Below are positions 7,509 to 16,105 of a stretch of DNA of 32,000 nt, in pieces (position 1 is the stretch's first letter; the number at the start of each line of letters is the position of its first letter). Under the pieces are notes generated by a model. It was given only the letters and a program-made list of their open reading frames with translations. It was not told the DNA's origin and searched no databases. The stretch is from Propionibacterium freudenreichii subsp. freudenreichii (GTDB lineage: Bacteria; Actinomycetota; Actinomycetes; Propionibacteriales; Propionibacteriaceae). Both the position numbers and the translations under genes were made by a program. The stretch lies in contig NZ_CP010341.1 in NCBI RefSeq assembly GCF_000940845.1, positions 2,610,001-2,642,000 of the forward strand. The letters are read 5' to 3'.

Positions 7509-10013
7509 CTACTGCGTCGCCGGATTCACGCCCTTGCCATGCGAAGCAGCCGGATCGTGGGCCGAGTCGGACACGAGCACATTGTGCGTGCGCTCCAACG
7601 AGGTTCCCTCGACGTCGACATTGGGCAGGATGCGGTCAAGCCACTTCGGCAGCCACCAGGCCGTCTTGCCCATGAGGTGCATCAGCGCCGGCATGATGAA
7701 CAGCCGCACGCCGAAGGCGTCGAAGAGCACGCCGAAGGCCAGGCCGAAGCCGAGCGGACGAATCACATTCATTGGCGAGAAGATGAAGCCTGCGAACACC
7801 GAGATCATGATGATCGCGGCGGCACGCACAACCGGGGCGGCCATGCGCAAACCGCTCTTCACGGCCACCCGCGCCTCGACTCCGTGCTCATAGGCCTCGC
7901 GCATACCGCTCACCAGGAACAGCTGATAGTCCATGGCCAGGCCGAACAGCACACCGATGATAATCGTGGGTGCGAAGCTCAGCAGCGGGCTTGGATCATG
8001 CACGCCGAACACCGAGCCCAACCAACCCCATTGATAGACGGCCGTGGTGGCCCCCAACGCGGCGAACAGGGACAACACGAACCCGCCGGTGGCCACGATA
8101 GGCACCAGGATCGAGCGGAAGACCACCATGAGAATGACCAGCGACAGGCCGACCACCACGATGAGATAGGAAGGTAGCGCATCGGCCAGTTTCTGAGAGA
8201 CGTCGATACTCATCGACGTCTGACCCGCCACACCCAGAGTGGTTCCGTCTGACGTAGGTGACAGATCGCGCAGATCGTGCACCAGTTGCTCGGTGGACTT
8301 GTCGGTCGGCCCGCTGTTGGGGATCACCTGGAAGGCGATCACCGTGCGCGAGTCCGAAACCGCCGCCGGCACCACCGCAGCAACATCGTTCTGGGCAGCC
8401 AGCTGCTGTCCGATCTTTGCCTCCACGATCTGCTCTTCGTCGGTCGACATGGCCTGTGGCAAGGTGGCCACCACCATGAGCGGGCCGTTGACACCGGCGC
8501 CGAACTTCTCATCGGTCGTCTTGTAGTTCTTGTATTGCACCGAATCGGTCGGTTCCTGGGCGCCGGTTGGCATGCCCAGCTGCATGGACGTCGCGGGCAG
8601 CGCAATCACCACGAGTACGGCGGTGGCGATCACCGCACGAAGCACCGCATTACGGGTGCGCATCGGCCGGATCACGGGGGCTGCCTGTTCGGGGGTGCCG
8701 ATGCTCTTGCGTGACTTCTTGTTGAGCGCATGGTTACCCATCAGGCTCAGCAACGCCGGGGTGAAGGTGATGGCCACCAGCACGGCAACCAGCACAGCGA
8801 CCGCGGCGACATCGCCCATCACGCGCAGGAAGGGGATGCCGGTGATGTTGAGCGCCAGCAAGGCGATGAACACGGTGGAACCGGCGAAGACAACGGCGTT
8901 GCCGGCGGTGCCCACCGCCAGACCGATCGACTCGCGCTTGTCCATGCCGGCCAGCAGCTGCTTGCGATGCCGGTTGAGGATGAACAGCGAATAGTCGATG
9001 CCCACCGCCAGGCCGATCATCAGGCCCAGCATCGGGGTGACGTTCATCATGGTGACCTTGCCCGACAGGGCCAGCGCGCCGGTCACGGCTACACCCACGC
9101 CCACCAGCGAGCTGATCAGCGGCGTAATGGCAGGCAGGATCGCCCGCATCATGAACACCAGCACCACGAGTGCGACCGCAACGCCGACCACCTCCATGCC
9201 GCCCAGGCCGCCGATGTCAAAGGCCAGGCCGTTGGAATAGGTGGTCTGCACACCGGGGATCGAGGTGTCGTCGATCACGTCGCGGATGGCCTGTTTCTGG
9301 CTCGAATCCATCTCCACTGCTTCCTTCTCCAGCGAGACGGTGGCGAAGGCGCTGCTGCCGTCCTGCGAGACGGTGCGCAGATTCTGTGACATCTCGATCA
9401 GGGACTTGGCGGCAGTGGCCTTTTCCTGCTGCGTCGACAGCTGATTGGCGCTGTCGTCCAGTTTGGACTTCTGGGCGTCCAACTGAGCCTGCTGCGCCTG
9501 GAACTGGGCCGCCATCGCGTCATAGACACCGGCCGCCTTGGCTTGGTCCTCGGCGGCGGTCAATTTCTGCTGAGCCGCATCGAACTGGGTGCGTCCAGCG
9601 TCCAGCTGCTGCTGGGCAGTTTGCAGCTGAGTCTCAGCGGCGGCAAGTTGCTGAGCCTGCGCCTCGCGCTGGTCGGCGGTCTGGAACGGGTTGACCGTGC
9701 CGGTAACCCCCTCGGCCTTGTCCACCCGACCGAGTAACTCTGCGATCTGCGTCTTCTGGGCGTCGGAGAAGCTTCCCGAGTCGGAGGTGAAGACGATCCG
9801 CTCGCTGCCGCCCGACGCCTGTGGCAGCGCCTGCTTCATCGAGTCGGCAACCTGCTGGGTCTCGGTGTTGGGAATGGAGAATGAGGTGCTCAGGGTGCCG
9901 TGGAACGCGGCATAGGCGCCACCGGCTGCGGCCAGCACGATTAGCCAGCAGATGATCACCGCCCAGGCCCGGTGTGCGGCCCCTCGGCCCAACCGGTACA
10001 ACAACTTCGCCAT
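7509..10013 (-). CDS. MMPL family (RND superfamily) transporter with a Q/A-rich coiled-coil insertion in the first extracytoplasmic loop
   Basis: 834 aa with two blocks of about 6 TM helices separated by large loops, a typical MMPL/RND layout. The first loop carries about 100 aa of heptad-like Q/A-rich sequence (QREAQAQQLAAAETQLQTAQQQLDAGRTQFDAAQQKL...QAQLDAQKSKLDDSANQLSTQQEKA). Confidence 0.9.
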   Translation of the reverse strand: MAKLLYRLGRGAAHRAWAVIICWLIVLAAAGGAYAAFHGTLSTSFSIPNTETQQVADSMKQALPQASGGSERIVFTSDSGSFSDAQKTQIAELLGRVDKAEGVTGTVNPFQTADQREAQAQQLAAAETQLQTAQQQLDAGRTQFDAAQQKLTAAEDQAKAAGVYDAMAAQFQAQQAQLDAQKSKLDDSANQLSTQQEKATAAKSLIEMSQNLRTVSQDGSSAFATVSLEKEAVEMDSSQKQAIRDVIDDTSIPGVQTTYSNGLAFDIGGLGGMEVVGVAVALVVLVFMMRAILPAITPLISSLVGVGVAVTGALALSGKVTMMNVTPMLGLMIGLAVGIDYSLFILNRHRKQLLAGMDKRESIGLAVGTAGNAVVFAGSTVFIALLALNITGIPFLRVMGDVAAVAVLVAVLVAITFTPALLSLMGNHALNKKSRKSIGTPEQAAPVIRPMRTRNAVLRAVIATAVLVVIALPATSMQLGMPTGAQEPTDSVQYKNYKTTDEKFGAGVNGPLMVVATLPQAMSTDEEQIVEAKIGQQLAAQNDVAAVVPAAVSDSRTVIAFQVIPNSGPTDKSTEQLVHDLRDLSPTSDGTTLGVAGQTSMSIDVSQKLADALPSYLIVVVGLSLVILMVVFRSILVPIVATGGFVLSLFAALGATTAVYQWGWLGSVFGVHDPSPLLSFAPTIIIGVLFGLAMDYQLFLVSGMREAYEHGVEARVAVKSGLRMAAPVVRAAAIIMISVFAGFIFSPMNVIRPLGFGLAFGVLFDAFGVRLFIMPALMHLMGKTAWWLPKWLDRILPNVDVEGTSLERTHNVLVSDSAHDPAASHGKGVNPATQ

Positions 10014-10142
10014 CGGATGTCCTTCCGTTTCTCACATGTGGCGGCCCCACCCGCACGCCCCCGCAGGGACGCGGCGAACTGGAGCCACCTGGTCGTTCGT
10101 GGTTGGCACATCGTCGGGCCGTGAGCCACGATACACAACGAG

Positions 10143-10173
10143 TGTTGCATAAACAACATCTGTCGCATATCCT
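10143..10173 (+). promoter_or_regulatory. Candidate tetR promoter (TTGCAT-17-TATCCT) overlapping an inverted repeat that may be the operator
   Basis: TTGCAT (10145-10150), a 17-nt spacer, then TATCCT (10168-10173). The TGTTG-N6-CAACA inverted repeat (10143-10158) overlaps the -35, and a further CAAC-N4-GTTG lies just upstream. This is the only A+T-rich patch in the MMPL/TetR divergent intergenic region. Confidence 0.3.
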
Positions 10174-10226
10174 GTGAAGGTCGTCGCAGATCGCCCGTCG
10201 GTGGGCGGTCATCGGGGGAGGGCACC

Positions 10227-10913
10227 ATGGACGCACGCATCGTCAGGACGCGGCACGCGCTGCAGGGCGCCCTGCTGGAATTGGCGCGCGACAGGCCGCT
10301 CGACGACATCACGGTGGGCGACATCACCAAGCGCGCCCGCGTGAACCGCTCGAGCTTCTACCTGCACTACACCGACAAGGACACGCCGCTGGCCGACGCA
10401 CTGGAGATGCAGATCGACAGGTCGGCCGACGACGAGGACCTGCGCACCGACTCACCCGAGCACATGCCGCCGGGGCTGACGGACTACCTCAACCACGTGG
10501 CGGAATATGCCTCGCTGTACGGCCGGGTGCTCAACGACGGCGGGTCGGGCGTGGTGGCCAACCGGCTGCGCAGCCACGTGCACGACATCGTCGAGCGCGC
10601 CCTGAACGACTCGGACGCCGATCCCTTCCCCAACCTGCCGCGCGACATCGCCGCAGCCGGGGTCGCCGGCCTGGCAGTGGGCATCATCACCGCCTGGCTC
10701 GGGCGCGACCCGATGCCACCGGTACACACCGCCGCCACCTGGATCTGGGACATGCTCGTGCCGGTCGCCGGCGTGGCCGGACGTCCGTCGGATGCTGCGT
10801 CGTCCTCCAACGACGGGTCCGGGCCCAATCCTGCGGCCCCCTCGGGCGGCGACTCCGGATACCTCGCGCTGGGGCTGCGCCGAACAACCGGGAAATCATC
10901 GATCCCGGGCTAG
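10227..10913 (+). CDS. TetR/AcrR family transcriptional regulator
   Basis: N-terminal HTH (ITVGDITKRARVNRSSFYLHYTDKD). GGGGGAGGG RBS upstream. Divergent from the MMPL gene. The C-terminal tail is disordered and Ser/Gly/Pro-rich. Confidence 0.9.
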   Translation: MDARIVRTRHALQGALLELARDRPLDDITVGDITKRARVNRSSFYLHYTDKDTPLADALEMQIDRSADDEDLRTDSPEHMPPGLTDYLNHVAEYASLYGRVLNDGGSGVVANRLRSHVHDIVERALNDSDADPFPNLPRDIAAAGVAGLAVGIITAWLGRDPMPPVHTAATWIWDMLVPVAGVAGRPSDAASSSNDGSGPNPAAPSGGDSGYLALGLRRTTGKSSIPG

Positions 10914-10970
10914 CTACTGTGGATACAGCCAAGTAGACAACCGGGGTCATCTCTCCGAAGGAGAACAACC

Positions 10971-11627
10971 ATGGAGAAGAAGACAACCACCAAGAACGTC
11001 ACCGTCCTGGGCGCCCACGGGCAGATCGCCCGCATCGTCATCGAACGGCTGCTGGCCGAAACCGACGACCACCTCACCCTGTTCATGCGCGACGCTGCGC
11101 GCCTGGGCAACGTCGACGCCGCCCGCGAGACCGTGGTGGAAGGCGATGCCACCAGCACCGACGACCTGGCGAAGGCCGTGCGGGGCGCAGACATCGTCTA
11201 CGCCAACCTCGCCGGAAAGATCGAAGCCGAGGCCGACGCCGTCGTGGCGGCCATGCGGGCAGCCGGCGTCAAGCGCCTCATCTGGATCTCGTCGCTGGGC
11301 ATCTACGACGAGGTTCCCGGGGCCTTCGGCGCATGGAACCACAAGATGCTCGACGGCGGATACCTGCAGACCTATGCGCGCGCCGCCGCCACCATCGAGG
11401 CGTCCGGACTCGACTACACGATCATTCGTCCCGCCTGGTTGCAGGACGAACCCACCGTTGATTACGAGACCACCCAGAAGGGCGAGCCCTTCAAGGGCAC
11501 CGAGGTCTCGCGTGCTTCGGTGGCCGACGTCGTGGTGCACCTGATCAACCAGCCCGACCGCGACATCGGCCATTCGGTGGGCGTCGACAAGCCGGGCACC
11601 GACGGCGACAAGCCCTCGTTCTATTGA
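10971..11627 (+). CDS. NAD(P)H-binding protein (atypical SDR / NmrA-like)
   Basis: N-terminal Rossmann motif VTVLGAHGQIAR. The length (218 aa) and overall pattern match NAD(P)-binding family proteins. RBS GAAGGAGAA upstream. Confidence 0.85.
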   Translation: MEKKTTTKNVTVLGAHGQIARIVIERLLAETDDHLTLFMRDAARLGNVDAARETVVEGDATSTDDLAKAVRGADIVYANLAGKIEAEADAVVAAMRAAGVKRLIWISSLGIYDEVPGAFGAWNHKMLDGGYLQTYARAAATIEASGLDYTIIRPAWLQDEPTVDYETTQKGEPFKGTEVSRASVADVVVHLINQPDRDIGHSVGVDKPGTDGDKPSFY

Positions 11628-11833
11628 TCTGCGGCGGCGACTCGGGCACCGGGCATCGCGATCACTCAGCCCCCAGTCCAATCCCTCCCACCCAGCATTT
11701 CCACCCCCAGGAGTCAGACATGTTCCACCGTTCGCAGAAGCAGTCACCATCCAGCTCGTCACCCTCGGCACGCCGCCACCCGGTGCGCACCGCCGCCCGC
11801 TGAGGCCTGGCCGGAGCGCTGGCATTCACCGGT

Positions 11834-12151
11834 GTGGGCCACCTGAGCTTTGCCCGCGAGGGCTTCGCCGTCGCGGTGCCCGATTGGATGCCGGGCAGCA
11901 AGGACGCCACGGTGCTCGCCTCGGGCGTGGTCGAGCTGGCGCTTGCCGCCGCGCTTGCCTCCGGCGTCCAGCGCAAGCAGGTGGGACGCGCCACGGCCGC
12001 CTTCTTCGCGGCCGTGTTCCCGGGCAATGTGCACCAATATGTGAAGCACCTCGACGCATCATTCCTCAACAGTGACCAGCGACGCCTGGTACGCCTGTAC
12101 TTCCAGCCCCTGCTCGTGGCGTGGGCGCTGGAGGCGACGCGCGAGGACTGA
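11834..12151 (+). CDS. DoxX-like small membrane protein (COG4270-type), possibly N-terminally truncated by an in-frame TGA
   Basis: GHLSF....F...VP.WMP......SGVVELALAAAL....R..GRATAAFFAAVFPGNVHQY fits the small DoxX-like membrane family. The same frame is open upstream from a strong AGGAG-ATG at 11720 but is interrupted by TGA at 11801-11803. See findings. Confidence 0.6.
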   Translation: MGHLSFAREGFAVAVPDWMPGSKDATVLASGVVELALAAALASGVQRKQVGRATAAFFAAVFPGNVHQYVKHLDASFLNSDQRRLVRLYFQPLLVAWALEATRED

Positions 12152-12190
12152 GCGCACCGCCACCCGGCAGTCATGCCCGGCGGGCGATGC

Positions 12191-12982
12191 TCACTCCACC
12201 GCCCTGCGGACGATCTCGGCGGCCTGCGCCGGCGTCACCCCGCCGCGCCACTGGTTGTCGGGATAGCTGACCACCACCGGGGCTTGGTTGCACGGGAACA
12301 GGCACAGGGTGCGGGTGATCAACACCTCGTCGTGCACCACGCCCAGCTCCTTGGCGGTGCGCACCATCGACTCCACCACCTCGCGGCTGCCCTGCGCGTT
12401 GCAGCGCACGCCGCAGCACACCAGCAGGTGACGCCGGAACGGCGGGGGAGCCTGCCACGCCGGGCTGTGCAGCGGGGCCTCGTCGCCACTGATCGGGTCC
12501 CAGCGGGTACCGGACGCGGAGCCATCCCGGGGGGATTCCCCGGGCGCGGACGCCACAGCCACTGGCCCACGCAGCGGACCGGCATCTGGCGGCTCAACGC
12601 CATCGTGACGCTCATGGCGCACCTGCAGCACCACGGCGGGCGCGCCATCGCGGCGGGTGCGCAGCCAGTGTCCGGCTACCCGACGCAGCCACGACACCGA
12701 CGTGGCACCACCGCCGGGCTGGCAACCGATCAGGCGGATGCCCACCCCGGACGAACCGAGCGGCGCGCGCCCACTCGTCGAGGCCCGCCCCTCGGGCCCG
12801 GCCCCCGGGGACGCGTCCACGCCCGCCAATTCATCGAGCACCTCGACCAGCGGCGTGCCATCACCCTCCAGGCTGGCCGACGCCAAGCCCGGCAGCTCCG
12901 CGGCCCAGGCCTGCACCGCCGCGTTGCTCGTGGCGTTCATCGACACCAGCACCACCTGCCAACCCCGCTCCTCAGCCGCCAT
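12191..12982 (-). CDS. Thioredoxin-like [2Fe-2S] ferredoxin domain protein with an unassigned ~190-aa N-terminal region
   Basis: The C-terminal 75 aa read HLLVCCGVRCNAQGS...LCLFPCNQAPVV, a Cys-x4-Cys ... Cys-x3-Cys pattern typical of thioredoxin-like 2Fe-2S ferredoxins. Its start overlaps the ATPase stop by 11 nt, making it the last gene of the operon. Confidence 0.78.
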   Translation of the reverse strand: MAAEERGWQVVLVSMNATSNAAVQAWAAELPGLASASLEGDGTPLVEVLDELAGVDASPGAGPEGRASTSGRAPLGSSGVGIRLIGCQPGGGATSVSWLRRVAGHWLRTRRDGAPAVVLQVRHERHDGVEPPDAGPLRGPVAVASAPGESPRDGSASGTRWDPISGDEAPLHSPAWQAPPPFRRHLLVCCGVRCNAQGSREVVESMVRTAKELGVVHDEVLITRTLCLFPCNQAPVVVSYPDNQWRGGVTPAQAAEIVRRAVE

Positions 12983-13703
12983 CGCTGACCAACCCCTGCC
13001 ATGAGAACCTGAGTCGATCGGTGCGGCTCACCTGTCCACGCACCGCGAAGCGCTCGGCCACCAGCTGGGCGGTCAGCACCTCGTCGGTAGGACCCTGCGC
13101 CACCAGGTGGCCGTCGTCGAGCACGATGAGGCGGTCGGCGAAGGCTGCCGCCAGGTCGAGGTCGTGCAGCACCACCAGCGTGGTCAGCCGCAGCGAGGTG
13201 ACGATGCGCAACAGGGCGATCTGATGGTGCAGGTCGAGGTGGTTCGTCGGCTCGTCAAGCATCAGCACCTGCGGCTCCTGGGCCAGGGCGCGTGCCAGCT
13301 GCACCCGCTGGCGTTCCCCACCTGACAAGGTGTTCCACGACCTGTCGTCCACCCGGGCGCCATGGGCGTTCAGCTGCCAGCGTCCCTCGTGGGGGATGCG
13401 GCCCAGCGCCACCACGTCGCGCACGGTGAGCGCCACGCGGGCCTGTGGCAGCTGTTCCATGAGCGCCATCGTGCGGGCGATCTCGCGGCGCGACATGTCG
13501 GTGAGGCGACGATCGTCCACCAGCACCTGACCCCGACTGGGCTTGCGCAGCCCACACAGCAGTTGCAGCAGGGTGGTCTTGCCGGAGCCGTTCATGCCCA
13601 CCAGCGCGGTGCAGCAACCCTCGGCCACCTCGGTGGTGATGTCGCGGACGATCCACCGGTCGTCCACCTGCCAGCCCAGGCCACGGCATGCCAGGCGCGT
13701 CAT
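12972..13703 (-). CDS. ABC transporter ATP-binding protein (BtuD/FecE-like)
   Basis: ORF 12972..14225 trimmed to the ATG at 13703, which overlaps the permease stop as ATGA. Motifs: Walker A GMNGSGKTT, Q-loop MEQLPQ, signature LSGGERQRV, Walker B VLMLDEPTNHLD, H-loop VLHDL. Confidence 0.92.
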   Translation of the reverse strand: MTRLACRGLGWQVDDRWIVRDITTEVAEGCCTALVGMNGSGKTTLLQLLCGLRKPSRGQVLVDDRRLTDMSRREIARTMALMEQLPQARVALTVRDVVALGRIPHEGRWQLNAHGARVDDRSWNTLSGGERQRVQLARALAQEPQVLMLDEPTNHLDLHHQIALLRIVTSLRLTTLVVLHDLDLAAAFADRLIVLDDGHLVAQGPTDEVLTAQLVAERFAVRGQVSRTDRLRFSWQGLVSDGG

Positions 13704-14806
13704 TGCGACGCCTGCCTGCGCAACAGCACGGCCAACACGGGAGTGCCCAGCAGCGCGGTGATCACGCCCACCGGGATCTCGGTGTTGCCGGTGATCGACC
13801 GTGCCGCGGTGTCGGACCACAAGAGCAGCAGGGCCCCACCCAGCGCGGTGAGCGGCAACAGCCCGGCGTGCCTGGGGCCCACCAGCAGGCGCATGATGTG
13901 GGGCACGGTGAGCCCCACGAAGCCGATCGGGCCCACGAAGGCCACCGTCATGGCGGTGGTCAGGGCGGTGAAGATCATCAACCCCCAGCGCACCCGGGTG
14001 ACGTTGATGCCCAATGAGGCCGCCGAGGTGTCGCCGAAGCTGAAGGCGTCCAGGGTGCGCGAATAACCCATCGCCCCCACCAGCGTGACCAGCGCGACGC
14101 CCGCCAGCACGCCCGCAGCCAACCACCGCGCCCCGGCGAACGAGCCGAGCCTCCACTCCATCGCCGTGCGGGCCGCGGTGGTGCCCCCGAACACCATGAT
14201 CAACAGGGAGGTGATGGCGGCGCACACCTGCGCCACCGCCACGCCGGCCAGCACCGTGCGGGCCGGCGGCAGCTCACCGCCGCGTCCGGTGGCCAGCACG
14301 AGCACCAGCAGCATCGCCAGCACGGCACCCACGAAGGCGGCGCCCATCATGAGCACCGACTGCGACAGGCCCACCGACAGGCCGATCTCCAGCACGAAGA
14401 CCGCCCCGACGCTGGCGCCGCTCGAGATGCCCAGCAGATAGGGGTCGGCCAGCGCATTTCCGGTGAGCGTCTGCAGGATCGCACCGCACACGGCCAGCAC
14501 GGCTCCGGCGGCGATGGACGCCAGCACGCGCGGCAGGCGCAGCTGCCAGACGATCTGGTCGGCCAGCGGCGTGACATCGGCGCCGGTGATCAGCCGCAGG
14601 CGTCGCGCGATCACGCCCACCACCTCACCGGGTGACAGCGGCACCGATCCGATGCCCAGCGCCATCACGACACTCACCGCCAGCGCGACCACCAGGACGC
14701 CCAGCCACAGCCAGTGCGCGGTACGAGCGTGCCCTGCGTGGGTCCGGCTGCCCGCATCGGCGCTACCGCCGGCATCAGCCCGGGCGTCCGCCGCGGTCCG
14801 CGTCAT
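13700..14806 (-). CDS. FecCD/BtuC family ABC transporter permease
   Basis: 368 aa with about 9-10 TM helices. The typical FecCD pattern is present (GSVPLSPGEV..., LRLPRVL, ILQTLTGNALADPYLLGISSGA, GPIGFVGLTVPHIMRLLVG). Confidence 0.92.
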   Translation of the reverse strand: MTRTAADARADAGGSADAGSRTHAGHARTAHWLWLGVLVVALAVSVVMALGIGSVPLSPGEVVGVIARRLRLITGADVTPLADQIVWQLRLPRVLASIAAGAVLAVCGAILQTLTGNALADPYLLGISSGASVGAVFVLEIGLSVGLSQSVLMMGAAFVGAVLAMLLVLVLATGRGGELPPARTVLAGVAVAQVCAAITSLLIMVFGGTTAARTAMEWRLGSFAGARWLAAGVLAGVALVTLVGAMGYSRTLDAFSFGDTSAASLGINVTRVRWGLMIFTALTTAMTVAFVGPIGFVGLTVPHIMRLLVGPRHAGLLPLTALGGALLLLWSDTAARSITGNTEIPVGVITALLGTPVLAVLLRRQASQ

Positions 14807-14813
14807 GGACGCA

Positions 14814-15898
14814 TCACCTGGGCAGTGCGGCGAGCTGGTCCGAGACGGACTTGGCGCCGTCCACCAGCGTGGCGCCCGGCGTGGTCTGCGAGAACGGCAC
14901 GGTGATGAAGCGCTTGTTCTGCACGGCCTTGAGGTTCTTCAGCGCCGGATCGTTGGAGATGTAGTCGATCTTCGACTGGGCGGTGGACCATGACGCGTCG
15001 GCCAGCACGATCACATCGGGATCGGCGGCCACGACCTTCTCCCAGGGCACATTGGCCCAGGCCCCGTCCACGTCGGCGAACGCGTTGGTGGCACCGACCG
15101 CCTGCATCACCAGCGCCGGACCGCCGGCATTGCCGCCGGTGAACGGGGTGTCGGTCTGCGAATCCCACCAGAACACCTTCTGGCCGTCGCCGGCCTTCGC
15201 CTGCTTGACGGCGTCCAGCTCGGTCTTCTGCGCGTCGATCACCGTGGTGGCATTGCCGGGCTGGCCGAACAGCTTGGCGATGTCGCCCAGCGACGACCAC
15301 ACATTGTCGAAGCTCACCTGGGCGCGGTCGGCCTTGTTGTCACAGGCGAAGGGGTCTAGGTAGGTGGGGATGCCCTGCTGCTCGAGTTCGTCGCGGGTGC
15401 CCACCGCCTTGTCGCTGAAGGCGCTGGCATACGACGCCAGGGCGAAGTCGGGCTTGGCCTGGGCGAAGACCTCCTTGGTGGGGTACTTGTCGGCCAGCAC
15501 CGGGATCGACGCGTAGGCGTCCTTGTACTTGTCGGCCACCTTGTCGTCGAGGTAGGCGGTGCCTGCCATCTGCTTCTGCACGCCCAGCGCGAGCGCCTCC
15601 TCGATGGCGCCCTGGTTGAGTGCCACCGCGCGCGTCGGCTGCTGCTTCACGGTGACGGTGCGCCCGCAGTTGTTCACCGACACCGGGAAGGCACCACCGG
15701 TGGCGCTTGCCGACGAGCTTCCCGAGCCGGGCGCGCCGGCGCATCCGGTGGCGGCATGGCCAGGCCGAGGCCCAGGGCCACCAGGCGGGAGCGGACCGGC
15801 AGGCGGCGGGCGACGTTGGGGCGCGCAGAGCTTGAGCGCCCAGAGCTTGAACGCACGGAATTCGGGCGCGGGGAATTGGGACGTGAGTACGCGGACAT
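14814..15898 (-). pseudogene. Periplasmic-binding-protein (BtuF/FhuD-type) lipoprotein gene with its reading frame disrupted in the signal-peptide region (true frameshift or assembly error)
   Basis: The mature domain, from the lipobox AATGC onward, is in the frame of ORF 14814..16460. The only RBS-linked start (AGGAAGG-N7-ATG at 15898) and a typical signal peptide (ARRLPVRSRLVALGLGLAM) are in the frame of ORF 15674..15943. The frames meet at about 15750-15760. One added base after GCCATG would give ...LGLGLAMAATGCAGAPGS. Confidence 0.6.
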
Positions 15899-15939
15899 TG
15901 CGAAACCTTCCTGAGGGGCCCTTCGCGGGGCCGACCGTG

Positions 15940-16105
15940 ACAAGAGCGTTGGGCTTGGTCTTCGGACTCGGCGTCATCCGCGGCAGGCGCCTTCCCGGGG
16001 ATCCGCCCCAGTGACCTGATGCCTGCTGCGTCGGCCTCACCGCTGCGCGACAGTCCCGGTTTCCCACCGGATTCCCACACATCTGTGATGCGACCCAACG
16101 GGCAG
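15940..16105 (-). promoter_or_regulatory. Cobalamin (B12) riboswitch
   Basis: The minus strand reads GGGAATCCGGTGGGAAACCGGGACTGTCGCGCAGCGGTGAGG ... GGTCACTGGGGCGGATCCCCGGGAAGGCG ... GAGTCCGAAGACCAAGCCC. This matches the conserved core and B12 box of cobalamin riboswitches and is nearly identical in the core to the E. coli btuB leader. It lies directly 5' of the binding-protein gene. Confidence 0.85.

Noticed and set aside
7129-7675. ORFs 7129..7350 (minus) and 7256..7675 (plus) in the low-GC islet.
   Set aside because: They overlap each other on opposite strands, neither has a convincing start or RBS, and codon bias does not discriminate between them. The plus-strand ORF reads through a strong terminator into antisense MMPL sequence. 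The question is left open in the findings rather than calling either as a gene.
12972-14225. 417-aa version of the ABC ATPase ORF.
   Set aside because: The first ~174 codons overlap the permease gene in another frame and are Gly/Arg/His-rich. The ATG at 13703 overlaps the permease stop (ATGA) and gives a normal BtuD-length protein.
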